From assembly GCA_022778545.1 (NCBI GenBank), contig JALFDW010000039.1, forward strand, positions 33,216 to 97,215: 64,000 nucleotides of DNA, written 5' to 3'. The notes beneath the pieces are model-generated. The model did no database searches. It was not told where the DNA came from and was given only the letters and a program-made list of their open reading frames with translations. Positions 35,441 to 45,125 of the stretch are shown one piece after another. The translations under genes and the position numbers were made by a program. This stretch comes from a bacterium (GTDB lineage Bacteria > Bacillota > Clostridia > Christensenellales > CAG-138). The first letter of the stretch is position 1, and the number at the start of each line of letters is the position of its first letter.

Positions 35441-36529
35441 TTACTTGTTCTCTGCTTCGAACTTCTTCATGAAGTTCACAAGGCATTCTACGCCTTCATA
35501 AGGCATGCAGTTGTAGATGGAAGCACGGAGGCCGCCCGTGGAACGGTGGGCCTTGAGGTTCGTCATGCCGGCCGCGACGCTCTCCTTCACGAACTTCGCG
35601 TCAAGCTCCTCGTTCGGCGTGTTGAAGCGGACGTTCATGATGGAACGGCTTTCCTTGGAAATACCTGCGGTGTAGAAATCAGTGGAGTCAAGATAGTCAT
35701 ACAGCAGCGCAGCCTTTTTGACGTTGCGGCGCTCCATCTCCTCCAGGCCGCCGATGGAAAGCAGCCAGTCCATCACGAGCTTGCAGATGTAGATCGACCA
35801 GCACGGCGGCGTGTTGTGCATGGACTTTGCTTCCGCATTGATGGTGTAATCGCACATCGTGGGGCAGATCGGGTTCACGTTGTGCAGAAGGTCCTCGCGA
35901 ATGATGACGATCGTAAGGCCTGCGGGCGCAACGTTCTTCTGCGCGCCGGCATAGATCATGGCGAATTTGGAAACATCGATCGGCCGGGAGAGGATGCAGG
36001 AGGAAAGGTCCGCCACGAGCGGCACATCCCCCGTATCCGGGATATAATCCCAGCAGGAGCCGTAGATGGTGTTGTTGAAGCAGATGTGGACATAGTCCGC
36101 ATCCGGGCTCAGGTTGAGTTCTTCCTGACGCGGGATGCGGCAGAAGTTTTCGCTCTTGCCCGTCCATGCGATGTTGACTTCACCGTATTTCTCGGCTTCC
36201 TTCGCAGCCTTGCCGGAGAAGTTGCCGGTCACGACATAGTCAGCCTTGTGGTTCTTGTTCATGAGGTTGAGCGGGATCGCGGCAAACTGCAGCGTTGCGC
36301 CGCCCTGCATGAAGATGACCTTGTAGTTGTCCGGGATATCCATGACCTTGCGCAGCTGCGCTTCGGCCTGCACGATGATATTATCAAACACTTTGGAGCG
36401 GTGGCTCATTTCCATGACAGACATGCCGCTGCCTTCAAAGTTGACGAGATTGTCCCGCGCGCTTTCGAGCACTTCCAGAGGAAGCATGGACGGGCCGGCA
36501 GAGAAATTGTAGATCCTGTTGTAAAGCAT
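35441..36529 (-). CDS. serC: Phosphoserine aminotransferase
   Basis: 362 aa from ATG 36529 (SD AGGAGA). N-terminus MLYNRIYNFSAGPSMLP is typical of SerC. Confidence 0.88.
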   Translation of the reverse strand: MLYNRIYNFSAGPSMLPLEVLESARDNLVNFEGSGMSVMEMSHRSKVFDNIIVQAEAQLRKVMDIPDNYKVIFMQGGATLQFAAIPLNLMNKNHKADYVVTGNFSGKAAKEAEKYGEVNIAWTGKSENFCRIPRQEELNLSPDADYVHICFNNTIYGSCWDYIPDTGDVPLVADLSSCILSRPIDVSKFAMIYAGAQKNVAPAGLTIVIIREDLLHNVNPICPTMCDYTINAEAKSMHNTPPCWSIYICKLVMDWLLSIGGLEEMERRNVKKAALLYDYLDSTDFYTAGISKESRSIMNVRFNTPNEELDAKFVKESVAAGMTNLKAHRSTGGLRASIYNCMPYEGVECLVNFMKKFEAENK

Positions 36530-36801
36530 TACGAATTCTCCTGTTCTTTCAGCTGTTATTTTTTTGATGCGGCGATGTGCTGGCAAAGGCTTGCGCATCC
36601 TCCCATCTATAACCAATTATACCTTGTCTCCGCAAGGAAAAGCAATCCCTAAGGAAGGAAATTCTATGAAAAATGGTAACGAATTAACATTATATTAACT
36701 CCCGAATTAGCTATGGACAGATCGGGCATCATAATGTATAATCAAATTGTATATACATAGTTTATATTCACTTTAATTATAAATCAGCAGGAGGTAGACT
36801 C

Positions 36802-38019
36802 ATGGACAGGCTCGTAGAACAATACTCTGAAATCGGACCGCTGCAAACCGTTCTGGTACACAGGCCGGATGTTGAAATCGCGCAGATCATGCCGGACTTT
36901 TTCGATGAGATGCTGCTGGACGACATGCCTCATGTGCCTCTCGCACAGGCCGACCATGACGTTTTTGCGGAAACGATGCGCAGGAACGGCGCAAATGTGC
37001 TTTATCTGAGCGACCTGTTCTGCGAATCGATTGCGGAAAAATCGGTGCGCTATGCCTACATCGAAGACTATATCGCCGCAAGCGGCATCAAGGGTGAAAC
37101 GGTGAAGCAGGCCGTGCGGGAGTACCTTCAGCCGCTCGAGCCGCTTGCGCTCTTCCGCGCTGTTTCCCGCGGGATCGTCCGGCGCGACCTTGCGTTTTTC
37201 AAGCCGACTCCCATCCCCCTTCTGATGAAAGACCCTTACCCGTTCGTGGTCGACCCCATGCCCAACATGTATTTCACGCGCGATGTGGCCATCAGCATCG
37301 GCACGGGACTTCTCATCAGCACCATGAGCATGCATTCCCGCGAGCGTGAAACGCTGTTCATACGCTATATCCACGATCATCACCCGCTCTTCCAGGCCCA
37401 GGATATCCCGCTTTGGTCGGATGCATCGCTCGGTTATGGCATCGAGGGCGGCGACGTGCTCGTGCTCTCCGACAAGGTGCTTGCCATCGGCTGCGGTGAG
37501 CGCACGAGCATCGCGGCGGTGGAATGCCTCGCAAACCGCCTGTTTGCCCATGGCTACGAGCGCATCCTCATATTCAACAACCCGCGTTCCCGCACATTCA
37601 TGCACCTCGACGTGCTCTGCACCATGGTGGATCGGGACACGTTCCTGACGCATCCCTGCGTCTACGAAAAACAGTTTGACGTTTATGAGCTGACCGGCAG
37701 CCCGAACCACCTGAACCTTTCCCTCACCACCGACCCGGTGAACAAGATTTTTGCCCGTGCGCTTGGCCTCCCCGCCGTGCGTTTCATCGAGATGGGCGGC
37801 GGCGACCCGATCATTGCCGCACGGGAGCACTGGAACATGGGCAGCAACTCACTCACGCTCTCCCCAGGCCACATCATCACCTATGACCGCAACGAGGTCA
37901 CCAACGACCTGCTCATGCGCGCCGGTATCAAGGTGGAAACCGTCCCGGGCGGCGAACTTTGCCGCGGCCGCGGCGGCCCGCGCTGCATGTCCATGCCGCT
38001 CAAGCGGGAAAAGCTTTAA
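36802..38019 (+). CDS. arcA: Arginine deiminase
   Basis: 405 aa. EIGPLQTVLVHRP, DPMPNMYFTRD and FMHLD motifs. C-terminal catalytic GRGGPRCMSMP. Confidence 0.92.
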   Translation: MDRLVEQYSEIGPLQTVLVHRPDVEIAQIMPDFFDEMLLDDMPHVPLAQADHDVFAETMRRNGANVLYLSDLFCESIAEKSVRYAYIEDYIAASGIKGETVKQAVREYLQPLEPLALFRAVSRGIVRRDLAFFKPTPIPLLMKDPYPFVVDPMPNMYFTRDVAISIGTGLLISTMSMHSRERETLFIRYIHDHHPLFQAQDIPLWSDASLGYGIEGGDVLVLSDKVLAIGCGERTSIAAVECLANRLFAHGYERILIFNNPRSRTFMHLDVLCTMVDRDTFLTHPCVYEKQFDVYELTGSPNHLNLSLTTDPVNKIFARALGLPAVRFIEMGGGDPIIAAREHWNMGSNSLTLSPGHIITYDRNEVTNDLLMRAGIKVETVPGGELCRGRGGPRCMSMPLKREKL

Positions 38020-38080
38020 GCTGCGCTTTCGGGCAGCAAAAATCAGAACGCATACGCTCTCCAAAGCTTACAGGTAAGCA

Positions 38081-38110
38081 AAAGGACGCATTTTTCCATG
38101 CGTCCTTTTT
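38081..38110. terminator. Bidirectional terminator (ends arcA and the minus-strand T-box operon)
   Basis: AAAGGACGCAT-TTTTCC-ATGCGTCCTTT flanked by A- and T-runs. Confidence 0.8.
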
Positions 38111-38150
38111 CAGTTATTGAAGCACTGAATCTTCCACTTATTCGGCAGTC

Positions 38151-39317
38151 TTAGCCCATCTTGCTCTTGATGTCCGCCAAACGCTCCAAAGCGGTGAGCA
38201 GCGTCTCATCCTTCTTGGCGAAATGCACGCGCACGATATCGTTTACATCCTCCATGAAGAAAGAGGTTCCGGGCACGCAGGCTACGCCAACCTTGCAGGC
38301 CATCTCCTCGCAGAATTCCACATCCGTCTGCCCCTTCTTAAGGAACGGGCCGATGTTTGCAAGCACAAAATACGCGCCCTGCGGGTCCGTGTACGGGATG
38401 CCGATGGAATCAAGGCCCTTCGTGAAAAGCTCCTTCATGTGCGCATAATGGGCGCCGAATTCCGCATAGTAGCTGTCCGGCATGTCAAGGCCGGCGATAG
38501 CGGCTTCCATGAGCACGGAAGGCGCGCCCACGGTGTTGAAATCATGGAACTGCTTGATGCGGTCCATCAGGTGCTTGGGCGCGATGGCATAGCCCAACCT
38601 CCATCCCGTGATGGAATAGGTCTTGGAGAGTGAGCTGCAGGAAATCGTCCGCTCCCACATGCCGGGCAGGCTGTTCATGTAAATATGGCGGTGGGGCGCA
38701 TAAACGATGTGCTCATACACCTCATCCATAATAACATAAACGTCATACCGGATTGCCAGATCCGCAATGAGCTTGAGTTCCGCTTCGGTAAACACCTTGC
38801 CGCTCGGGTTGGAGGGGTTGCAGATGAGGATAGCTTTGGGATGCTGCTTAAAAGCGTCCTCCAGCACGTTGGGGTCAAAGTGGAACGTGGGCGGCACCAA
38901 CGGCACGAAGATGGGCTCACAGTCCGCCATGATGGCCTGCGCCCGGTAGTTCTCAAAATAAGGGGAGAACATCACGATCTTATCCCCGGGGTTCGTCAGG
39001 GCGAATATGGTATCCACCATAGCCTCGGTGGAACCGATCGTGACCACAATCTCCGTCTCCGGATCCAGGGTACGCCCCATGAAACGGCCACACTTGCGGG
39101 CCAGAGCCTGCCGGAAGTTCGGCGCGCCCATGGTGATGGGGTACTGATGCGGCCCCAGAGCGCTGATCTCATCCAAACGGTCGGTCAGAGCTTTGGGCGG
39201 GTCAAAATCCGGGAAGCCCTGCGCCAGGTTGATGGCTCCGCACTCGATGGAAATGCGGGTCATCCGCCGGATGACGGAATCGGTGAACATTTGTGTTTTT
39301 CTGCTGACTTCTTGCAC
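38151..39317 (-). CDS. Class I pyridoxal-phosphate aminotransferase (YbdL/KAT-like)
   Basis: INLAQGFPDF, NPSNPSGK and SLSKTYSITGWRLGY (PLP Lys). The ORF extends to a TTG at 39335, but GTG 39317 has GAAGGA 7 nt upstream. Confidence 0.85.
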   Translation of the reverse strand: MQEVSRKTQMFTDSVIRRMTRISIECGAINLAQGFPDFDPPKALTDRLDEISALGPHQYPITMGAPNFRQALARKCGRFMGRTLDPETEIVVTIGSTEAMVDTIFALTNPGDKIVMFSPYFENYRAQAIMADCEPIFVPLVPPTFHFDPNVLEDAFKQHPKAILICNPSNPSGKVFTEAELKLIADLAIRYDVYVIMDEVYEHIVYAPHRHIYMNSLPGMWERTISCSSLSKTYSITGWRLGYAIAPKHLMDRIKQFHDFNTVGAPSVLMEAAIAGLDMPDSYYAEFGAHYAHMKELFTKGLDSIGIPYTDPQGAYFVLANIGPFLKKGQTDVEFCEEMACKVGVACVPGTSFFMEDVNDIVRVHFAKKDETLLTALERLADIKSKMG

Positions 39318-39375
39318 GGTATATCCTTCTTTCAAACAAATTTATCTGAATTCCTTCTGTTTGGAACGCATGGGT

Positions 39376-39807
39376 TTAATGGATGCCCAGCTCTTCCCCG
39401 GTGGCGGGAGAAATACCGTTTTCATTCAGCACGGCAATGAACTTGTCCATATCCGTCACACGGAAGATCATATACGCTTTTCCATTTCCCTGCCCAAACA
39501 CGGAATACATATACTCCACATCGATGCCCGCCTCGGAGATCAAATGCAGCACTTTGGCCAATCCGCCGGGCTGATCGGGAACGCCGACAGCGACCACCGG
39601 CGTCATGGAAAGGATGACGCCCTGGCCGAGCAGGATGGAAGCCGCAGTTTCCGGCTGGTCAACGATCAGCCGCAAAACGCCGTAATCGGTGGTTTCCGCA
39701 ATGTTCAGCGCGCGCAGGTTAATGTGGCGCTCCGAGAGGATGCCTGTGATCTCTGCCAACTGGCCCGCCCGGTTTTCCAGAAACACGGATATCTGATGAA
39801 TTGTCAT
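39376..39807 (-). CDS. Tandem ACT-domain (amino-acid-binding) protein
   Basis: 143 aa. Two ACT-like beta-alpha-beta-beta-alpha-beta units (ISVFLENRAGQLAEIT and VGVPDQPGGLAKVL). Confidence 0.8.
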   Translation of the reverse strand: MTIHQISVFLENRAGQLAEITGILSERHINLRALNIAETTDYGVLRLIVDQPETAASILLGQGVILSMTPVVAVGVPDQPGGLAKVLHLISEAGIDVEYMYSVFGQGNGKAYMIFRVTDMDKFIAVLNENGISPATGEELGIH

Positions 39808-39820
39808 TGTGGTTTCCTCC

Positions 39821-41119
39821 TTAAATCTTTCGCTTATCGATCAGGCGGACAGCCTTTCCTTCGCTGCGCGCAATGGACTTCGGAGCCACAAGGCGCACTT
39901 TGGCGTAAATACCAAGCATGGCCTTCAGCGCGTTGACCAGCTGCTTCTCCTGCTCCGCCACATGGCTCAGCTGATCGGAGAACATCTCCGGCGTCATCTC
40001 CACCTGAATCTCCAGCGTATCGGAATTGTTGACCCGATCCACGATGATCTGGTAATTCGCGGCATAGCCCTGCTCCAGAAGCACGGTCTCGATCTGGGAG
40101 GGGAACACGTTGACGCCTTTGATGATGAGCATATCGTCGCTGCGGCCCATGGGCTTGGACATTCTCACATGGGTGCGGCCGCAGGAACAGGGTTTGCGGC
40201 TCAGCACGCAGATATCGCGCGTGCGGTAGCGCAGCAACGGGAACGCTTCTTTCGTGATGGAAGTGAACACCAGCTCGCCTTTTTCGCCTTCGGGCAGCAC
40301 TTCGCCGGTGTTGGGATCGATGATCTCCGCGATGAAGTGATCCTCGTTGATGTGCATGCCGTTCTGCTCGGAGCATTCAAAGCTCACGCCGGGGCCGCTG
40401 ATCTCCGTGAGGCCATAGATGTCGTAGGCTTTGATGCCGAGCCCTTTCTCGATCTCATGGCGCATTTCCTCGCTCCAGGCCTCTGCGCCAAAGATGCCGG
40501 CGCGCAGCTTGAGCTTGTCCCGGATGCCGCGCTCCGCCGCGGATTCAGCCAGGTATGCCGCATAGGAAGGCGTGCAGCAAAGGATCGTGGAACCAAGGTC
40601 CACCATGAACTGGAGCTGCCGCTCCGTATTGCCGGAGGACATGGGCAGGGTCAGGCAACCCACCCTGTGGCTGCCGCCGTTGAGGCCAGGGCCGCCGGTG
40701 AAAAGGCCGTAGCCGTAGCTGACGTGGCAAACATCCTCGTTCGTGCCGCCCGTTGCAACGATGGCGCGCGCGCAGCAATCCTCCCAAAGATCCAGGTCAT
40801 GCTGGGTATAGAAGGCGATAACGCGCTTTCCCGTGGTGCCGGAGGTGGACTGGACGCGCACGCAGTCCTTCAGCGGGCGGGCCAGCAGGCCATAGGGATA
40901 CGCCTCGCGCAGGTCGTCCTTCGTGAGGAAGGGGAGCTTGTGCAGGTCCTCTACACCCTTGATGTCCTTGGGCGTAAGGCCTTTCTCCTCCATCTTTTTG
41001 CGGTAGTATGGCACGTTGTCCCACACGTTCTGCACCTGGTTCACCAGGCGTTCGTTCTGCCAGGCGAGGATCTGCTCCCTGCTGGCACACTCGATCTCGG
41101 GTTGATAATAGCGTTCCAT
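39821..41119 (-). CDS. paaK: Phenylacetate-CoA ligase family (PaaK-type)
   Basis: 432 aa. AMP motif STSGTTGKRV. N-terminus MERYYQPEIECASREQILAWQNERL is typical of PaaK. Confidence 0.88.
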   Translation of the reverse strand: MERYYQPEIECASREQILAWQNERLVNQVQNVWDNVPYYRKKMEEKGLTPKDIKGVEDLHKLPFLTKDDLREAYPYGLLARPLKDCVRVQSTSGTTGKRVIAFYTQHDLDLWEDCCARAIVATGGTNEDVCHVSYGYGLFTGGPGLNGGSHRVGCLTLPMSSGNTERQLQFMVDLGSTILCCTPSYAAYLAESAAERGIRDKLKLRAGIFGAEAWSEEMRHEIEKGLGIKAYDIYGLTEISGPGVSFECSEQNGMHINEDHFIAEIIDPNTGEVLPEGEKGELVFTSITKEAFPLLRYRTRDICVLSRKPCSCGRTHVRMSKPMGRSDDMLIIKGVNVFPSQIETVLLEQGYAANYQIIVDRVNNSDTLEIQVEMTPEMFSDQLSHVAEQEKQLVNALKAMLGIYAKVRLVAPKSIARSEGKAVRLIDKRKI

Positions 41120-41175
41120 GGTGTTCCTTTCTTATGGCAAAAATAAATGTTTCGTAATAACGCCCTTTGCGCGGC

Positions 41176-41748
41176 TCAGGAATCGCGGCCCAGGGCAAAG
41201 GCCTTCTGGTTCAGCGCAAGGAATTTGGGCGGCACGCTCGCTTCAATGGCCTGCATCCATTCCGCTTCGGTGAAGTCGGCAGATTTGGAAAGCCTGCCCA
41301 GAAGGACCAGGTTCACCGCTTTGGAGGAACCCGCCTGCTCCGCCAGGGAGAGTGCGTCAAACGCATCCACGTCAATGCCCTTTTCCCGCATCTTATCCTC
41401 CAGCCCGTCCGGATAAGAAGCCGCACCGGTGATCACGGGCATGGGGTTGATGCGCTGGGTGTTGGTGATGATCTTGCCGCCGGGCTTGAGATACTCCGTC
41501 CAACGGGCAGCCTCCAACAGTTCAAAGGAGAGGATATAGTCCGCTTCCCCTTTATCGATGATAGGAGAATATACCTTTTCCCCATAGCGCACATATGTCA
41601 CAACGGAGCCTCCGCGCTGGCTCATGCCATGCACCTCGGACACCTTGATGTCATAGCCCCTGCCCAGCAGAAGCCGGCCCAACAGCTTGCTGGCAAGCAG
41701 GGAACCCTGGCCGCCAACGCCTACGATCATGATGTTCCTGGTTTCCAT
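41176..41748 (-). CDS. iorB: Indolepyruvate/arylpyruvate:ferredoxin oxidoreductase beta subunit
   Basis: 190 aa from ATG 41748 (SD GGAGGAGG). MIVGVGGQGSLLAS motif. 2 nt after the iorA stop. Confidence 0.88.
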   Translation of the reverse strand: METRNIMIVGVGGQGSLLASKLLGRLLLGRGYDIKVSEVHGMSQRGGSVVTYVRYGEKVYSPIIDKGEADYILSFELLEAARWTEYLKPGGKIITNTQRINPMPVITGAASYPDGLEDKMREKGIDVDAFDALSLAEQAGSSKAVNLVLLGRLSKSADFTEAEWMQAIEASVPPKFLALNQKAFALGRDS

Positions 41749-41750
41749 TT

Positions 41751-43490
41751 TCAGGCCTCCTCCCCGGCGCAAAGTGCGCCGAATTTGCAAAGCTCGGAGC
41801 AAACGCCACAGCCTGTGCAAAGGGTCGCATCGATCCGCGCCTTGCCTCCTTCCATGCTGATGGCCGGGCAGCCGATCTTCATGCACATTTTGCAGCTCTT
41901 GCAGGCCGTAGCATCCACCTTGAGCGGCGCTTTATGCTTCACATATTTCAGCAGCGCGCAGGGACGCCGGGAGATGATGACGGAAGGCTCGTCCGCCTCC
42001 GTTTCCTCCCGGATGGCCGTTTCACACGCCGCAAGGTCGTAAGGATCGATCACGCGGACGCGCCGGATGCCGACGGCATGGCACAGCGCCTCAAGATCCA
42101 CCTTGGAAGCAGGATCACCCTTAAGGTTATAGCCCGTGGTGGGGTTCTGCTGATGGCCCGTCATCCCGGTGATGGAGTTATCCAAAATGATGATGGTGCT
42201 GTTTGAGTTGTTATACGCCACGTTCACAAGGCCCGTCATGCCCGAATGCATAAACGTGGAATCGCCGATGACGGCCACAGTCTTTCTCCCTTCGGAACCG
42301 CCCGCCTTGCTGAAGCCATGAAGCCCCGGGATAGAGGCGCCCATGCAGACCACCGCGTCAATAGCATTGAGCGGAGCCACCGCACCGAGCGTGTAGCAGC
42401 CGATATCGCCGATGACGGTGTATTTCCCCTTGGCCAGCGTGTAGAACAGGCCTCTGTGGGGGCAGCCGGCGCACATGACCGGCGGGCGCGGCGGAATGGA
42501 TACGTCAAGCGCCGTACCTTTATGCGCTTCGAGGCCCAGTTTTTCCGCCACGATGTTCTGGGAAAGCTCCCCGAGGGGGGAGAAACGCGTCTTGCCTTCC
42601 GGGACAAGCCCCAGGTTCCGGCAATGATCCTCAATGAAGCCGTCCAGCTCCTCCACAACGACGAGCTGCGATACGGAGGCGGCAAAATCGCGGATGAGCT
42701 TCTCCGGCATCGGCCAGGCCATGCCCAGCTTCAGCACCGGGAAACGGTCGCCGCAGGCTTCTTTTACATATTGATAGCTGGTGCTGTGGGTAATGATGCC
42801 GATGGAATGATCCTCCCCTGCTTCAACCCGGTTGCAGGGAGCGGTTTCCGCATATTCGGCCAGCGCCGCAAGGCGCGCTTCCACGATCGGGTGGCGCAGC
42901 TTCGCATTGCCCGGCATCATGATATACTTCTTCGGGTCCTTTTCATAAGGCCTGGGAGCCGGCTCCTGCCGTTCCCCGGTCTCTACAGCGCTTTGGGAAT
43001 GGGCCACCCGGGTGCACATCTTGAGCAGCACGGGCGTGTCAAACCGCTCGGAAAGCTCATAGGCCAGTTTGGTAAATTCGAGCGCCTCGGCGCTGTCCGC
43101 AGGCTCGAGCATCGGGAGCTTCGCCGCCTTGGCATAATGGCGGGAATCCTGCTCGTTTTGGGAGCTGTGCATGCCGGCGTCATCCGCCACGCCGATGATC
43201 ATCCCGGCGTTGATGCCGGTATAAGAGATGGTGAACAACGGGTCAGCGGCAACGTTGAGCCCCACGTGCTTCATGCCGCAAAAGCTCCGCTTGCCGGCTA
43301 AAGCAGCGCCGAAGGCCGTTTCCATGCCAACCTTTTCGTTGGGCGCCCACTCGGCATAAATCTCCGGATACTTGGCTGCAGCTTCGCTGATCTCCGTGCT
43401 GGGCGTACCAGGGTAGCTGGAAAGAACCGAGCAGCCTGCCTCATACAGGCCCCTGGCAACCGCTTCGTTGCCAAGCATAAGTGTTTTCAT
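41751..43490 (-). CDS. iorA: Indolepyruvate/arylpyruvate:ferredoxin oxidoreductase alpha subunit
   Basis: 579 aa. TPP-binding region GDIGCYTLG...GDSTFMHSG. C-terminal 2x[4Fe-4S] (CKSCKMC...CP, CTGCGVC). Confidence 0.9.
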   Translation of the reverse strand: MKTLMLGNEAVARGLYEAGCSVLSSYPGTPSTEISEAAAKYPEIYAEWAPNEKVGMETAFGAALAGKRSFCGMKHVGLNVAADPLFTISYTGINAGMIIGVADDAGMHSSQNEQDSRHYAKAAKLPMLEPADSAEALEFTKLAYELSERFDTPVLLKMCTRVAHSQSAVETGERQEPAPRPYEKDPKKYIMMPGNAKLRHPIVEARLAALAEYAETAPCNRVEAGEDHSIGIITHSTSYQYVKEACGDRFPVLKLGMAWPMPEKLIRDFAASVSQLVVVEELDGFIEDHCRNLGLVPEGKTRFSPLGELSQNIVAEKLGLEAHKGTALDVSIPPRPPVMCAGCPHRGLFYTLAKGKYTVIGDIGCYTLGAVAPLNAIDAVVCMGASIPGLHGFSKAGGSEGRKTVAVIGDSTFMHSGMTGLVNVAYNNSNSTIIILDNSITGMTGHQQNPTTGYNLKGDPASKVDLEALCHAVGIRRVRVIDPYDLAACETAIREETEADEPSVIISRRPCALLKYVKHKAPLKVDATACKSCKMCMKIGCPAISMEGGKARIDATLCTGCGVCSELCKFGALCAGEEA

Positions 43491-43506
43491 AGGTTCATTC
43501 CTCCTG

Positions 43507-45063
43507 TCAGTTAGTTTGTTCGCCGATGGAATCCTTCACAGAGACGGTAACCTGCCTGTTGTAGCAGGAAAAGACCTTCTCTACCCGCTCACTGGCGGGC
43601 GCTTTCGTAATAAGGCTGACCACCGGGACGATGACGAGCCCCGCAATCATGCAGAACGCACCGCAGTTGATGGGGGACTGGAGCAGGGCGGGGAAGCTGG
43701 CGCGGGCAAAGATGTTGGCCAGCATCACCACGGTGGAGAAAAGGAAGCTCACGGCGCAGGCAGCCTTGGTGGTCCGCTTCCAGTACAGACCGTACAGGAA
43801 GGGCGCCAGGAACGCTCCCGCCAGCGCGCCCCAGGACACGCCCATAAGCTGAGCGATGAAGGTGACGCTGGACTTGTACTGGATGAGTGCCAGCACCACG
43901 GAAATCACGATGAATACCACGACGAGGCTCCGCATCCACCGTACCTGCCGTTTCTCGTCCATGTTCTTTATCATATTATCCTTAATAAAGTCCAAGGTCA
44001 AGGTCGAACTGGAAGCCAGAACGAGGGAGGACAGCGTCGACATGGAAGCCGAAAGCACCAGGATCACCACCACGGCGATGAGGAGGGTGGGCAGGCCCGA
44101 AAGCATGGTGGGGATCACGGAATCATAACCGCCCGCAGCGATGTCGATCTTGTCGCTGAAAAGCCGGCCGAAGCCGCCGAGGAAGTAGCACCCGCCAGCC
44201 ACGATGACGGCAAAAATGGTGGAGATGATCATCCCCTTGTTGATGGCGGATTCACTCTTGATGGCATAGAATTTCTGCACCATCTGCGGCAGGCCCCATG
44301 TGCCGAGGCTCGTCAGCAGGACGACGCCCAGCAGCCCCACAGGGTCAGGACCGAAGAAGGAAGCAAACACGCCGGGAGCGGAGGACACCGTCTCATCGCT
44401 GACCTGCGCGAGGTTTTGGAGCGCCTGCAGGAAACCGCCCTGGCCTTTCAACACCGCCAAGATGACAGCGGAAATGCCGAAAATCATGATGATGCCCTGA
44501 ATGAAGTCGTTGATCGCAGTAGCCATGTAACCGCCGGCGATGACATAGATGCCGGTAAGCACCGCCATGACGATGACGCAGACGGAATAGTCGATATCAA
44601 AGGCCATGGCAAAGAGGCGGCTCAGGCCGTTATACAGCGAAGCCGTATACGGGATAAGGAAAATAAAGATGATGACGGAAGCGCAGAGCTTCAGCGCCTT
44701 GCTTCCAAAGCGTTTGCCGAAAAACTCCGGCATGGTGGCACTGTCCAGATGCTGCGTCATAACCCTGGTGCGGCGGCCCAGCACAGCCCAGGCCAGCAGG
44801 GAGCCCAAAAAGGCGTTGCCCAGGCCCGCCCAGGTGGCGGCGATGCCGTATTTCCAGCCGAACTGCCCTGCATAGCCCACAAAGACCACCGCGGAGAAGT
44901 AGCTGGTGCCGTAGGCAAACGCAGTAAGCCACGGGCCAACGCTGCGCCCGCCCAGAACGAAGCCGTTCACGTCGGTGGCATGGCGGCGGCAGTAGAGGCC
45001 GATGCCCACCATAACACCGAAGAAGACGATCAGCATCGCCAGCTTGATGATCAGGTCAGTCAT
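43507..45063 (-). CDS. Sodium:solute symporter (SSS) family transporter
   Basis: 518 aa with about 13 TM helices and an SSS-like pattern. SD GGAGGA. Confidence 0.8.
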   Translation of the reverse strand: MTDLIIKLAMLIVFFGVMVGIGLYCRRHATDVNGFVLGGRSVGPWLTAFAYGTSYFSAVVFVGYAGQFGWKYGIAATWAGLGNAFLGSLLAWAVLGRRTRVMTQHLDSATMPEFFGKRFGSKALKLCASVIIFIFLIPYTASLYNGLSRLFAMAFDIDYSVCVIVMAVLTGIYVIAGGYMATAINDFIQGIIMIFGISAVILAVLKGQGGFLQALQNLAQVSDETVSSAPGVFASFFGPDPVGLLGVVLLTSLGTWGLPQMVQKFYAIKSESAINKGMIISTIFAVIVAGGCYFLGGFGRLFSDKIDIAAGGYDSVIPTMLSGLPTLLIAVVVILVLSASMSTLSSLVLASSSTLTLDFIKDNMIKNMDEKRQVRWMRSLVVVFIVISVVLALIQYKSSVTFIAQLMGVSWGALAGAFLAPFLYGLYWKRTTKAACAVSFLFSTVVMLANIFARASFPALLQSPINCGAFCMIAGLVIVPVVSLITKAPASERVEKVFSCYNRQVTVSVKDSIGEQTN

Positions 45064-45125
45064 AATGATTTTTCCTCCATAATTCTTAAATATTTAAATT
45101 CAATTATGAATTATCGCTTTTATGC

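Noticed and set aside
36530-36620. The ~85-nt 5' UTR of serC, and the ~100-nt 5' UTR of the molybdenum hydroxylase operon (62325-62430), considered as possible riboswitches.
   Set aside because: I could not recognise the conserved cores of the T-box, purine, glycine, SAM or ZTP classes. There is only a hairpin followed by an A-run, which is not a terminator in the sense orientation.
36666-36698. A 10-codon ORF (MKNGNELTLY) with a good SD in the serC/arcA divergent region, considered as a possible leader peptide.
   Set aside because: It contains no Arg or Ser regulatory codons, has no downstream alternative hairpins, and its orientation relative to the arcA promoter is unclear.
36720-36790. 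An ARG-box-like AT-rich sequence (TGTATAATCAAATTGTATATACAT) upstream of arcA.
   Set aside because: It only loosely resembles the TNTGAAT-N4-ATTCANW consensus. That is indistinguishable from generic AT-rich promoter DNA without a matrix search.
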